Virus record (IMG/VR): IMGVR_UViG_3300028840_003851
DNA length: 64,000 nucleotides
Strand: one strand, 5' to 3'
Source: a virus
The notes under the pieces were generated by a model. It was not told the origin of the DNA and did no database searches. It saw only the letters and a list, made by a program, of their open reading frames with translations. The position numbers were made by a program, and so were the translations under genes. Below, piece by piece: positions 1-9,494 of this stretch; positions within the stretch are counted from its first letter, which is position 1; each line of letters opens with the position of its first letter.

Positions 1-906
1 GATGTCCTTCATCATCAGCTGACGGAGCTTGTCGAAATCAAGCTCGTCAACGTTAAGCTCGGATGCCTCCTTGCTAGTGGTCTTGAAGGACGTGTCCCCC
101 GGAAGGTTTCCTATCCTGGCCGATGCGGCAGCTGGGCCGTCCGCCGACGTTGCTGCCCTCTCAGCATCCTCCTCTGTGGCGTGTAGTCCATCCACAGGTG
201 CCTCCGCTCTCTGCTGCTGTTGCAGCTTCTGTAGTGTCTCTAGAGACTGAATGCTCTTGGCGCTGAGAGATGGGGCAGGACCGTCCTTACCGCCTCTTAG
301 CTTGTGTGGTGGTATGCGCTGCCCGTTGCGTATGACTCCGTAGCGCATAGCAAGCTGCGGTTGCGCAGACGCATACATGGCTCCATACCCGTTTACAAAT
401 GCCTTATCCTTCGTAGCCTCCTCAGGAAGCACATCCATGGGTAGTATCCCCATGGATGCCGGATGGGGCATACCCTGCGGCTGCTGCGGAGTCATCGCAC
501 CATCGTGAGGCATCTCTACAATGGTCGTAGTAGGAGTGTCTTGCCTGGCCACGCTACCCTGCCTTTTGATTGCCTCTGCAGTCTCTGCTGCGACAGCACG
601 CATCTCCGCTTGAGGTGCAACCCCCCGCTGCATGGTAGCCTGCTGCGACATCGTCAGCCCATCCTGGTGCCGTTCATCTAGCTTTGGGATTGGAACGTGG
701 GCTCCTCCGACCTTAGCCGTGTGCTTGGGTAAGGCTGCCTTCCTCCTCTTGGCCTGTACAGCTGCTGCGTACCCGGCTGCTCTAGGGTCGGCATTAGCCG
801 CTACGTACACGTGCTCTGAGCTGCTAGGTAGCTCTACCTCTCTCTTGTCCTCCTGACGTACCGCATCAGGGGGAACATAGTTGGTTACCTTAGGATTCCT
901 CTTCAC
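1..906 (-). CDS. hypothetical protein, runs off the left edge (302 codons in window)
   Basis: Own translation: GTG at 906 with GGAG RBS, open to position 1 (MKRNPKVTNYVPP...DFDKLRQLMMKDI); missing from the ORF track because it has no stop in the window. Confidence 0.7.
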   Translation of the reverse strand, partial: MKRNPKVTNYVPPDAVRQEDKREVELPSSSEHVYVAANADPRAAGYAAAVQAKRRKAALPKHTAKVGGAHVPIPKLDERHQDGLTMSQQATMQRGVAPQAEMRAVAAETAEAIKRQGSVARQDTPTTTIVEMPHDGAMTPQQPQGMPHPASMGILPMDVLPEEATKDKAFVNGYGAMYASAQPQLAMRYGVIRNGQRIPPHKLRGGKDGPAPSLSAKSIQSLETLQKLQQQQRAEAPVDGLHATEEDAERAATSADGPAAASARIGNLPGDTSFKTTSKEASELNVDELDFDKLRQLMMKDI

Positions 907-940
907 AATGTCTCCAGGGAGTACAATGTACTCCTATTTA

Positions 941-974
941 GTAGCTAAAAGAGAGGGACCTGTCAAGGCCCCCC
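941..974 (-). terminator. intrinsic terminator-like hairpin with UCUUUU-AGCUAC tail
   Basis: Minus strand reads gggggccttgacaggtccctc-tctttt-agctac, downstream of the 983..1492 stop. Confidence 0.6.
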
Positions 975-982
975 AAACTACG

Positions 983-1492
983 TCACGCTTTAGGTGCGCG
1001 CACCATCGTTGCCATCTGGGCGAGCAGCGAAAGAGGAGATACGTCCTCAGGACAGCTAGTAATCTCCGCTAGCACAGCATCCTCCACCCCTGGAGGGAAT
1101 CTCCATGCAGCCCTGTGCGAGCCCTCAATGATGGAGAACCTCTCACCCAGAAGGAAGGGCACACTTGCTCCCTGTAGAAACGCCAGAGAGGTGTGTGCGT
1201 CCCACCTTAGAAGCGGGGTTGCGTGAAGGAGCGCTCTTGCCTCTGACCCGTCTGGCATCTTCATCACCACCTCCTCAGGGTCCGCTAGGGGGACGAAGTG
1301 CGCCATCCTACGTCCGTTCTTGTACACTCCCTTCCGTGCCTCATCAGGCTCTACGTCTATACCGTTAAACGGCGCCCCTGCGCAGTTTAGCTTCAAGTCT
1401 TTGGGACGCTCCAGAGCCCCTTCACCGTCCTCCTCTCGGTAAACGTGGGTACATCTATCACCTTCAATCCTCGTCTCTGGCACTTCAGACAT
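983..1492 (-). CDS. hypothetical protein
   Basis: 169 aa ORF in the co-directional gene run. Confidence 0.65.
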   Translation of the reverse strand: MSEVPETRIEGDRCTHVYREEDGEGALERPKDLKLNCAGAPFNGIDVEPDEARKGVYKNGRRMAHFVPLADPEEVVMKMPDGSEARALLHATPLLRWDAHTSLAFLQGASVPFLLGERFSIIEGSHRAAWRFPPGVEDAVLAEITSCPEDVSPLSLLAQMATMVRAPKA

Positions 1493-1535
1493 AATCCAAC
1501 CTTCTCGTTTCTTGGGTCCTTATGGATAAGGTCTC

Positions 1536-1907
1536 CTACCTTGTACCCTGCGGAGAGTGACGCCCTGAAGACGACTCTCCAAGAGCAGCCAGGGTGCGTA
1601 CATGCGGCGGTGTAGACTCCTTCTTGCATTCACTAGGTATAGCACCGCCCTTCTCCATTGCGGCCTTCATTCCTTCCACAGTTCTCATGATGTTAGAGCC
1701 CTCTTTCGTCTTAAGAGATAGAGAACCAGCGATGAGACTGGTGCGTATCATCTCCTCTAGGAGCATCATGTACTGCTCTAGCTCCTTCTTGGCTCTTCTA
1801 TGAATTGTCTCCGCAACCTTAAAACAGTCAGGGCACACGAACACCTGCGCAAACAGCTTCCCCTCCTCAGGCTCTACGTCTTTTTTACAGTTGATACAGG
1901 ATAGCAT
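1536..1907 (-). CDS. hypothetical zinc-finger protein
   Basis: CxxC (CINC) and CxxC (CPDC) at the N-terminus. Confidence 0.65.
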   Translation of the reverse strand: MLSCINCKKDVEPEEGKLFAQVFVCPDCFKVAETIHRRAKKELEQYMMLLEEMIRTSLIAGSLSLKTKEGSNIMRTVEGMKAAMEKGGAIPSECKKESTPPHVRTLAALGESSSGRHSPQGTR

Positions 1908-2179
1908 TCGTCCTCTCTTTCAGGAGCTTTCCACCACTCACGCCACATGCTCTCGTCATCAGGGTCTGTGACCTCAATAGTCTTTATGATGCGAAAGGGA
2001 ACAGACAGTAGGGAGATGCTGGCATTTACTAGGGACAGCTGACCAGACGCTCCCATGGGTACGCCATCCTGCATGTACTTGCACATCTTTTCTAAAGCTG
2101 GAAGCTCTAGGTCCGGGAACAGGTACGTAGCCCCCATCTTTGTTGTTACACGTATAGTTACTAGCTGCGCGTTGCTCAT
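1874..2179 (-). CDS. hypothetical protein
   Basis: Start moved to ATG 2179 (MSNAQL), overlapping the upstream stop. Confidence 0.6.
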   Translation of the reverse strand: MSNAQLVTIRVTTKMGATYLFPDLELPALEKMCKYMQDGVPMGASGQLSLVNASISLLSVPFRIIKTIEVTDPDDESMWREWWKAPEREDECYPVSTVKKT

Positions 2180-2553
2180 AGCACGAAGAAGTCGTCTACC
2201 GCAGTCCAGCCCAACGTTGCGGCAGGGTCTCTGGTACACAGAACGTTTGTAGGACGTTTTGCGTGAGCCGCCAGAACGGCGTCTACATCAGCCCTAGCTA
2301 CCCTTCTAGTAACTAGCTCGATGTACCTACGCATCTCTGGCGGCCACGTCTCCGGAAAGCGGGCGTAGGCAGGAACCGGCTGGTCTAGCTCCTGCCACTG
2401 CACCCACACAAAGTCACGGACTATACCGTTAGCCTCCTCTATCCTCTTTAGGTACTCCTCTAGTAGCCTCTGCTTCTCTGCCGTTGTAGCTCCCTGTCTA
2501 GCGAGAGATATCAACGCCTCATACTGCTGTTGAGTTACAGTGATGTCTGCCAT
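2176..2553 (-). CDS. hypothetical protein
   Basis: 125 aa ORF, tightly packed. Confidence 0.65.
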   Translation of the reverse strand: MADITVTQQQYEALISLARQGATTAEKQRLLEEYLKRIEEANGIVRDFVWVQWQELDQPVPAYARFPETWPPEMRRYIELVTRRVARADVDAVLAAHAKRPTNVLCTRDPAATLGWTAVDDFFVL

Positions 2554-2577
2554 GTAGAGAAGTTTACCATGTAGCTC

Positions 2578-2991
2578 CTAGCTGTCCCCTAGTGCCTCTA
2601 TCCCAGGACCACTAGCACCGATAGGCAGCACCGACACAGCATCACAAATAGTACAGCAGTCAGACTCTACGTCGTCGAACGGTAGCTCTACGCCGTCGTC
2701 TAGCTCTAGCATGCCTTGTGTCATCATATTGTTAGCACACCACGATGACCCGTTCCTAAAGAACTCCCTAAGGGTGCGGTCCCACGATGCAGGCTCTTCG
2801 ACAGTCCAGGTTCCTACATTCTCGTTGTAAAGGAAAACCTGGTACGTCCTCTTGACAGTCACAAGGACACAAGAGAACTTGTGCATACTCCCCAGCTTTC
2901 TTCGACAGTAGTAGCACTCGTCGTCCGGGCCTGCAGGGCGTAGCGCATCTGATGTAACCTCCCGTGTTGTTACCCCAAGCTTTGTTTTCAT
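2578..2991 (-). CDS. hypothetical Cys-rich protein
   Basis: 137 aa with CYYC, C and CCTIC motifs. Confidence 0.65.
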   Translation of the reverse strand: MKTKLGVTTREVTSDALRPAGPDDECYYCRRKLGSMHKFSCVLVTVKRTYQVFLYNENVGTWTVEEPASWDRTLREFFRNGSSWCANNMMTQGMLELDDGVELPFDDVESDCCTICDAVSVLPIGASGPGIEALGDS

Positions 2992-2998
2992 AGCTCCC

Positions 2999-3304
2999 TC
3001 ATAGGTAGATGTACCAGCAGCTGTGGTTGTCCGACCACCTCCACCCCAGGTCTCTCATGCGTACAATAGTCTCTGGGCGGTAGATACCGGCGCAACCCGC
3101 GTACGCTCCACGGAAGTTGCTGCTCAGCCGGATAAATGGCTGAGGGTATGCGCTTAAAACATTTAGACCGGCATGGAGCCTCACAAACCTCTCTTTCTCA
3201 GCCTCCGGCTCGTTGTGCTCGTCCTCCTCTTCCGCCTCTGCGAGAGCAATAGCTGCCTGTTGGGCAATGTCCTTCTCAGTATCATCACCGTTGATATCAC
3301 ACAT
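2999..3304 (-). CDS. small phage protein, paralog of 3297..3524
   Basis: Shares GLNV...P..R and LGW...W..Y(L/V) with the neighbouring ORF. Confidence 0.65.
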   Translation of the reverse strand: MCDINGDDTEKDIAQQAAIALAEAEEEDEHNEPEAEKERFVRLHAGLNVLSAYPQPFIRLSSNFRGAYAGCAGIYRPETIVRMRDLGWRWSDNHSCWYIYL

Positions 3305-3524
3305 AGAGGCACCACCACCCTTCGTACTCCGTTGGTTGCGTCCATCCTAGCCTCCGGAGCTTCCTCTCCATGTACGGCAGAAGAGTGCCCGAACTTACTA
3401 GAACTGCAGATGTGTTACCTGGGGCTACACGCACCACAGGGTTTCGGCACATGTTGAACACGTTGAGACCCTCAAGTAGGGAATCGAACGTAGCGGGGTC
3501 ATCTTCATACGGTAGCTCATCCAT
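3297..3524 (-). CDS. small phage protein, paralog of 2999..3304
   Basis: LLEGLNVF...RRLGW...WWCLYV. Confidence 0.65.
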   Translation of the reverse strand: MDELPYEDDPATFDSLLEGLNVFNMCRNPVVRVAPGNTSAVLVSSGTLLPYMERKLRRLGWTQPTEYEGWWCLYV

Positions 3525-4158
3525 GCATAGCCTCCATCACACTGTCCACACGCCCGTGTAGCTGCGCTATCGTTCCGTCGTTTACAAGATAGTGACCTAC
3601 AAGGTCTCCTAGACCTTGAGACTTCTCACTGGCATGCGTAGAGCCAGCCACAACAGTATCTAGAGTACGGAGCACACCCCACAATCTCCCACCGGCCTCC
3701 AGGATAGCCTGCGCTTCGTTGGGGAATCGAACGTCTGGGATGACAACACCTTTTACTAGCTCTCCAAGCCACCCAAGACGGTTAATCCCTTTTACACTAC
3801 TGTAGCCGTACCCACTATCCAGAACATCTCTGGCAACCCTTAATGTAATACGCGTCCACACATCCGGGTCTATGCAACGCGCAACATCTGTACCTAGCTG
3901 CTGCATGGCGTGTCTGGGGGTTAGGTACTCCCCGTTAACCAGATACCGTGTATCCGGCTCCTCCTTCAACCCTCCCCACAGCTGGTCCTCATCAAATTCC
4001 CACAGCCTCAGGCAGATGCGCTTAATCTCGTCTCCGAGGGATATCTTGATGAACCCGTACTTGTAGACTAGGTAGTCGGCAACGGTGTCCTTTCCCGCAT
4101 GGGCGCTCCCGACGTTCCCGTTCTTGTCCTTCGTAAACCCGCACACACCTATAATCAT
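3517..4158 (-). CDS. deoxynucleoside monophosphate kinase
   Basis: IIGVCGF..AGKDTVADYL P-loop, PRHAMQQLGTD, VVIPDVRFPNEA and HASE motifs of phage dNMP kinases. Confidence 0.85.
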   Translation of the reverse strand: MIIGVCGFTKDKNGNVGSAHAGKDTVADYLVYKYGFIKISLGDEIKRICLRLWEFDEDQLWGGLKEEPDTRYLVNGEYLTPRHAMQQLGTDVARCIDPDVWTRITLRVARDVLDSGYGYSSVKGINRLGWLGELVKGVVIPDVRFPNEAQAILEAGGRLWGVLRTLDTVVAGSTHASEKSQGLGDLVGHYLVNDGTIAQLHGRVDSVMEAMHG

Positions 4159-4347
4159 CTACCTAGCTCCTTTACCGCTGCAGAGGATGAGGGGCTCCTT
4201 TCCCTGAAGAACCATATCTAGCCTCTTCATGTCCTCTCTTGCGTGAGGGTCCGAGGCGTCACATGCAACATACTGCCCCTTATCCCCGTCCCACTTACAC
4301 CACAGATTCAGATCTCTACATTTCTCCAGCGTCGGCTTTTCGTTCAC
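4159..4347 (-). CDS. hypothetical protein
   Basis: 62 aa, abuts both neighbours. Confidence 0.5.
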   Translation of the reverse strand: MNEKPTLEKCRDLNLWCKWDGDKGQYVACDASDPHAREDMKRLDMVLQGKEPLILCSGKGAR

Positions 4348-4580
4348 GGTCTATCTCCTTGTAGCTTGGTCCAGCACGCTCTACAGTAAAACCCTAGAAC
4401 GCGGAGGTTGCTCTCATCGCATGGGTGTCCGAACCTATCTACCTCCGCCGTGTCACCGCAAACATCACAGGGAGTGGCGGTGCGGCAGGTGTATCTAGAG
4501 CCCCAGTCGATGGCTTCCCACCTCTTATCCCACTCTTCATTAGATATTTGCGCCGGTCTTCTAGAGCTTCCCTTGCCCAT
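4344..4580 (-). CDS. small phage protein with C-terminal zinc finger
   Basis: MGKGSSRRP...W..I N-terminus typical of small phage ORFs; CDVC...CRAC. Confidence 0.6.
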   Translation of the reverse strand: MGKGSSRRPAQISNEEWDKRWEAIDWGSRYTCRTATPCDVCGDTAEVDRFGHPCDESNLRVLGFYCRACWTKLQGDRP

Positions 4581-4890
4581 CTTGTACTCCTCGTAGACGT
4601 CTGTTTAGAATGTCTCTGATTATCTCGTCACGAACATCGCACGGTCTTTTAACTGGTAACGGGTTTATAGAGCGTAGGTTCCGTCCGAACACGGTTGCCA
4701 CCGTGAACTTCTTGCAGTACTCCCCCTTCGTAGGCTTCTCCCACTCAGCCTTGAAAACGAATGACCTGGTGTACGTACCGTCAAGCCCAGGTAAGATAGA
4801 GACTGACGTCAGGTAGGCAACCTTCTTTATCTTAGGAAGGAACGTCATCAGCCCATTACGAAAGGCCATCATGCGCTCACCTATAGACAC
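4561..4890 (-). CDS. hypothetical protein
   Basis: 109 aa ORF; start uncertain. Confidence 0.5.
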   Translation of the reverse strand: MSIGERMMAFRNGLMTFLPKIKKVAYLTSVSILPGLDGTYTRSFVFKAEWEKPTKGEYCKKFTVATVFGRNLRSINPLPVKRPCDVRDEIIRDILNRRLRGVQDGQGKL

Positions 4891-5314
4891 AGAACCTCCC
4901 TTGTTCTCGCTAGACTACATGAGGTCAATGGCTGAGAACGGACTTACCGTAATGCGGCGTAGATGGAAGGATGAGAAAAAGCTAACGCCGCTAGCTATCT
5001 CCTGGCCTGAGAGACCCGTAAAGTCGTCTGACGGCTCGATGATAAACCACCCCTGCATCATGGAGCTGACCCATGAGAGCAACTGGAACGAGGCTCTTTG
5101 CGCCTTCGTCAAGCTTACAGACGCATGCGGTTTGCTGCTAATAGAGGAGCAGCCCACACGTCTCCGAGCTCTCCTAGAGACCCCAGACGGGACCCTCTGC
5201 TGGAGCATACCTAAGAAAGACCACGGGGACGTGGTCATCCTGGGGAAAACCTCCTTGGCGCAGGACAAGGAGAGCATCGGAATCTTGTGGCGCCCCAAGA
5301 AGGGGGTCAGCTAG
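4871..5314 (+). CDS. hypothetical protein
   Basis: 147 aa globular-looking ORF convergent with 5311..6099. Confidence 0.6.
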   Translation: MRSPIDTEPPLFSLDYMRSMAENGLTVMRRRWKDEKKLTPLAISWPERPVKSSDGSMINHPCIMELTHESNWNEALCAFVKLTDACGLLLIEEQPTRLRALLETPDGTLCWSIPKKDHGDVVILGKTSLAQDKESIGILWRPKKGVS

Positions 5315-6099
5315 AGAGTCGCTGTGGGGCTCGGAGGGTCTAGGTCCTTGAGGACGGGGAGCGCTGGCGTAAGACCTCCATTTGTGGGGGAGCTCTCCTC
5401 CTTCTCGGGCTCCTTCTCGGGCTCCTTCTCTGGAGGGTTTGCCTTCGGAGCATCCTTGGCTGCCGCCTTCTCGGCCAACCTCTTGCGCCTAGGCCTCTTA
5501 CCATTCGAGGGGGACACAGACTTTGTCTCCTCTGGCAGCTGAGGCTCGACCTTACTTAGGCTGCTCATGAGCTCCTTGACCAGGCAGTCGAGGCCACTAC
5601 GAAGCTCCTTGCTCCCTGACCCGTCGACGAGCCCCTGAAGGCGCTCGAGCACAGCAAGGTGCTTCTCCGCTTTTGCAAGAGTCACGAAGTCCTCTAGGGG
5701 GACGTTCATCTCTGCTAGGACCTTTGTGATGTCTGCACGGACGCTAGCAGCAGTCTCTTTGCTTACGGGGGCCTTGGCCTGCGGCTTTCTACCTCTCTTA
5801 GCCTTGGGAGCTGGAGCACTCGCAGTAGCGGTCTCCGCTGCCGCCTTCTTAGCTCTGCGTCCTCTTGGAGACTTAGCCGGCTTATCCTGCTTCTTGCTCT
5901 CCGGAGCACTAGACGCTCCCTCGAGGCGCTCTAAACGCCGGTAGTGAGCGTTCAGCCACTTCCTGGCAGCCTCTCTCTCCTCGTCTCCCCAGCTCTTGAA
6001 CCTGTGTATGGCCTTGAGGGCTCCTTGCTTTCCCTTGTACTTGTCGCCCTGCTTTACCTTGGCTTTGAAGTCACTGATGTCTGGCTTTGTCTGTCCCAC
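5311..6099 (-). CDS. Lys/Ala/Pro-rich basic protein, possibly nucleic-acid binding
   Basis: KRGRKP/RGRRAKK low-complexity tracts, EKEP repeats, AGGAG RBS before GTG. Confidence 0.65.
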   Translation of the reverse strand: MGQTKPDISDFKAKVKQGDKYKGKQGALKAIHRFKSWGDEEREAARKWLNAHYRRLERLEGASSAPESKKQDKPAKSPRGRRAKKAAAETATASAPAPKAKRGRKPQAKAPVSKETAASVRADITKVLAEMNVPLEDFVTLAKAEKHLAVLERLQGLVDGSGSKELRSGLDCLVKELMSSLSKVEPQLPEETKSVSPSNGKRPRRKRLAEKAAAKDAPKANPPEKEPEKEPEKEESSPTNGGLTPALPVLKDLDPPSPTATL

Positions 6100-6296
6100 G
6101 TTTACTCCTTAGTAAACTGCCACGCTCTGCGTGGGCTCTAGTTTAGCTTCTACAGTACAGCACTCTGTCTTAGAAGCAAGTGTAACTGTGCTCCTTCTCG
6201 CCGTACATTAAAAATAAGTAGAGCTCTACCACGTTCTCCAAGGGGTGTAAGCTGCGATACACTGGTATGACCCCCTAATTCTGCAGGAGAAAGCGC

Positions 6297-7658
6297 ATGT
6301 CATCTAGGTCCTTCAGCCATAGCAGACCATACATCAACCACCTAGTACGCCCCAAAGGTGGGTTGAGTGGCGAACTTTACGACCTTAGACGAGACATAGA
6401 GGGCGCATTCATAGGGATAGAGGGGGAGCTCGGTGTTCCGGAGGCGGCGCTACAAGCAGAGTGGTACATATCCTCCGCGGGGAGTGATAGCAACAATGGA
6501 GCTACTGCCGCATCACCGCTCAAGTCGTTTTCGGAGCTCATGCGGCGCCTTAGAGGACAGACGATAGACCAGTACACCAAGGTTACCATCTTAGACTATC
6601 TTGATGAGGACTGCGTGCTCCATGACTTCGGCATCTCAGAGAACGGTCGTCTGCACATTACCGGGGTTCTAACTGTGCTCCACACAGGGACGCTAACCAA
6701 CGTTCAGGGTATCGTCTACCCGACTAACGTCCCCATCGAGATAGAGGACACGGCCCTACCAGCTGGGTGGGGTGCAGACGGATACATGTACAAGCGCATA
6801 AGGGCTGTAAACGGGCAGGTAGCTGGAGATACTGGCTGGGTGGGGAAGGACACCGGTTCTAAGCGCGCTCTAGCTTCGGAGTGGCTCTACGACGCCCCTA
6901 ACGCAGAGACGGGACCTATCCCACTGCCTTTCTGGATGTACGGATGGTGGCCTGCTACAGGGGATGACTACGAGATTCTAGAGGCGACGTCTGTAAGAAG
7001 CTTATCTGTGGCGAACGTGTGGATGTCGTCCAAGGACGACAACAATGTTGGTGACACGCAGAACGTACGGCTCGTCGTAGAGGACCTAGACATACTCTCC
7101 CCAGACAGAACTCTGTGTCTCGTAAATGGGTCCGGCATCACGGCGTTCATTCACTGCTCCATCAGGAACCTAGTGCCGGGGACCGCAGGCACCACGTACA
7201 CCTATGGGTGCCATATGAGTGGTACCATGGGTAGCCAGACGTCATTTCAAGGAGCGCAGATGGAGGATATCTGCTCCTTGGTGACTAGTGTGTGCATCCT
7301 GGGCGGGCTGATATGGAAGTTCACCGAGACAGTCTTCCTAGACTCTGCTGGAATCGTCGTACTGGATAAGACTACGGTGTTTATGTCCTGGTGCGGAGTG
7401 ATAGATTGTAGTGGCTTCATCATCACATCAGGCACTCACTTCAGGATGCAGTACAAGCTTTACGGGTCCAATCCAGCGGCTACCTACGGCATAGACGTAC
7501 AAGGAGGGGCACTGGTGACCTACCGCAATGCTCCCTCGAGCTTCACAATCACAGGGGGCTCAGCTCAATTCCGTGTATACGACACTGCCCGGAGCAACGC
7601 ACAGATACCGTACACACATCCAACAGCAATGGCAGGCATCATACAGGAGGTTCCATGA
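6297..7658 (+). CDS. putative head fibre/decoration protein
   Basis: 453 aa, beta-rich C-terminal half; N-terminal P...HL...E..DLRRD.E.A motif shared with the gene next to the MCP; AGGAG RBS. Confidence 0.5.
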   Translation: MSSRSFSHSRPYINHLVRPKGGLSGELYDLRRDIEGAFIGIEGELGVPEAALQAEWYISSAGSDSNNGATAASPLKSFSELMRRLRGQTIDQYTKVTILDYLDEDCVLHDFGISENGRLHITGVLTVLHTGTLTNVQGIVYPTNVPIEIEDTALPAGWGADGYMYKRIRAVNGQVAGDTGWVGKDTGSKRALASEWLYDAPNAETGPIPLPFWMYGWWPATGDDYEILEATSVRSLSVANVWMSSKDDNNVGDTQNVRLVVEDLDILSPDRTLCLVNGSGITAFIHCSIRNLVPGTAGTTYTYGCHMSGTMGSQTSFQGAQMEDICSLVTSVCILGGLIWKFTETVFLDSAGIVVLDKTTVFMSWCGVIDCSGFIITSGTHFRMQYKLYGSNPAATYGIDVQGGALVTYRNAPSSFTITGGSAQFRVYDTARSNAQIPYTHPTAMAGIIQEVP

Positions 7659-7831
7659 TAAAGGTGACCAAGGACAGCGACCTGGAGAATAGCAGACGTA
7701 GATACCCAAACGAGCCGATATATATCAAGCGCGACGGGTACGCTGAGATACACTGGCCGTACGGTAAGGGGGTAGAGCGTGTACCGCTTATAGACGATGA
7801 GAGGGTAGACCCAACCTCCCGCAGGAAGTAA
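7655..7831 (+). CDS. small hypothetical protein (58 aa)
   Basis: AGGAGG RBS; ATGA overlap with the upstream stop; below the ORF-track size cut-off. Confidence 0.55.
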   Translation: MIKVTKDSDLENSRRRYPNEPIYIKRDGYAEIHWPYGKGVERVPLIDDERVDPTSRRK

Positions 7832-7840
7832 GCTCTTCAC

Positions 7841-8134
7841 ATGAGACACATCATTCTAGCCCTCGCTCTTTTAGCTACCGCTTGTCCCCCCGGCCCAGTC
7901 CCCGTACCAGAGGTAGAGGACACCGAGCTCTGCGGAGCAGCCGGTGACAACGTGAAGAAGCTGCAGTGCAAGGACCGTGCAGGAGACCCCATGTGGGTCA
8001 ACAAGAATGGAGAGACCTTCAAGGAGATATGCGAGCGCGTTCAGGAGAAAGGAGGGGTGTTCATGAACCCAAAGTGCGTCATGAACGCCACTAGCTGCGA
8101 CGAGGTGAAGCAATGTCCTGTGATGACGAAGTGA
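7841..8134 (+). CDS. Cys-rich lipoprotein
   Basis: MRH + hydrophobic stretch + lipobox LATA-C; six further Cys. Confidence 0.7.
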   Translation: MRHIILALALLATACPPGPVPVPEVEDTELCGAAGDNVKKLQCKDRAGDPMWVNKNGETFKEICERVQEKGGVFMNPKCVMNATSCDEVKQCPVMTK

Positions 8135-8580
8135 ACAACCTAGCCGTAAAAGCAGCTGAGTACCTGAACAGCGTTCTGAAGGAAGACAGTAAGGCCCTAG
8201 GGGACCTTATGCGCGCTAATAGGGTGACCGACAAAAGGCATGCAGAGGTGCTCAGCGCATTGAGCCTCATCAACGGCATCCTCCTCCACGCTACGGGAGG
8301 TAGCTCCTTCGTCATGGCCTTCTACAACCAAGACAACAAGCTGGTGGAGTTCGTACCCAGACACAAGGACGGGGAGCTCTCCGCTTGCGGGATGCCGAAT
8401 CCTAGGGGGGCGGTCGCCTCAGCTAGTGGGCTACCTAGGTGCTCGTGGTGCGAGAAGAGGGCACTGTTCGTGGGAGAGGATGGTACATACTCGTGTGGGG
8501 AGGGTATGTACTCAGACGTAAGCGAACCCCATGACGCCGTGGGTGTCCTGTACACCCCGATAGGACAAGAGAAGGAATGA
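8113..8580 (+). CDS. hypothetical protein with CxxC finger
   Basis: 155 aa, CSWC...C; start uncertain. Confidence 0.55.
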   Translation: MSCDDEVNNLAVKAAEYLNSVLKEDSKALGDLMRANRVTDKRHAEVLSALSLINGILLHATGGSSFVMAFYNQDNKLVEFVPRHKDGELSACGMPNPRGAVASASGLPRCSWCEKRALFVGEDGTYSCGEGMYSDVSEPHDAVGVLYTPIGQEKE

Positions 8581-9407
8581 GCATGCACAACGTAGGTTAC
8601 TGTTTAGAGGACAAAGACATGGTTGCTGTTGATGCCAACGGAGACCCTGTAAAGCTACCGCTAAAGCTGATGTTCTCCTCGATTTCAAGCACGCTAGGCC
8701 GCCTAGTGAAGACCGCCTCCAACACGCACATCATCCCAGAGTACACACCCATCAGCAACCAGGGTGGACAAGGCTCGTGCGTAGCAAACGCCTGGTGCGA
8801 CTCACTGGAGATTCTTGACGGACTCTCCCAGGGTGACGCCGTGGAGCAGCTCAGCCGTCAGTTCCTCTACAACATCTCCCGCATCCTACACGGGGCGCTA
8901 GATGTGGATGGAGGAACATACAACAGAGCAGCAGCGCACCAGCTAACAGTGATAGGTACTGTAGAGGAGAAGTACTACCAGTACGACCAGAGCATGGTTT
9001 ACGCCTTCCCCGAGGCAGACCTCTACACCATGGCCAGCAATCACCGACTAGAGGGCGCCTACACCCTCACATCCAGTGACGACCAGAGGCTAAAGGAGAT
9101 AGAGATAGCCATCCGAACAGACCATCCAGTAGTGTTCGGCACCCCCGTTGGTAACGAGTTCATGGCGTACAGGGGCGAGGACAAGGTCCTAGAGCCCGAG
9201 GCCGTCAACAAGGGCAGGCACGCCATGATACTCACCGGAGTGCGCACGCGTAACGGCGAGCTAGAGTTCTACCTACGAAACTCCTGGGGTCTTGGGTGGG
9301 GTTTTCAAGGGCACGCATGGGTTAGCTCGGCCTTCATCGCCCGAAGCGACACTAGCGATATCTGGGTGCCAACCAAAGGCATCCGCTGGACTCCTAGCCC
9401 ATCCTAG
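8577..9407 (+). CDS. papain-like cysteine peptidase (clan CA, family C1)
   Basis: NQGGQGSCVANA (oxyanion Gln, catalytic Cys), GRHAM (His), YLRNSWG (Asn). Confidence 0.9.
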   Translation: MSMHNVGYCLEDKDMVAVDANGDPVKLPLKLMFSSISSTLGRLVKTASNTHIIPEYTPISNQGGQGSCVANAWCDSLEILDGLSQGDAVEQLSRQFLYNISRILHGALDVDGGTYNRAAAHQLTVIGTVEEKYYQYDQSMVYAFPEADLYTMASNHRLEGAYTLTSSDDQRLKEIEIAIRTDHPVVFGTPVGNEFMAYRGEDKVLEPEAVNKGRHAMILTGVRTRNGELEFYLRNSWGLGWGFQGHAWVSSAFIARSDTSDIWVPTKGIRWTPSPS

Positions 9408-9422
9408 TAGACAAAAGAAAGA

Positions 9423-9467
9423 CCCCCGGCAACATGTCTACCAAGTAGGTAAAGATGTTGCCGGGGG
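9423..9467 (-). terminator. long terminator hairpin between convergent genes
   Basis: 13-bp stem cccccggcaacat/atgttgccggggg with a U-rich tail on the minus strand. Confidence 0.65.
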
Positions 9468-9494
9468 AGGAATACCTATGAATGTCTTAGTACG

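Noticed and set aside
5399-5430. 12-bp tandem repeat (about 2.7 copies)
   Set aside because: Encodes a simple EKEP linker repeat; no spacers, so not CRISPR-like
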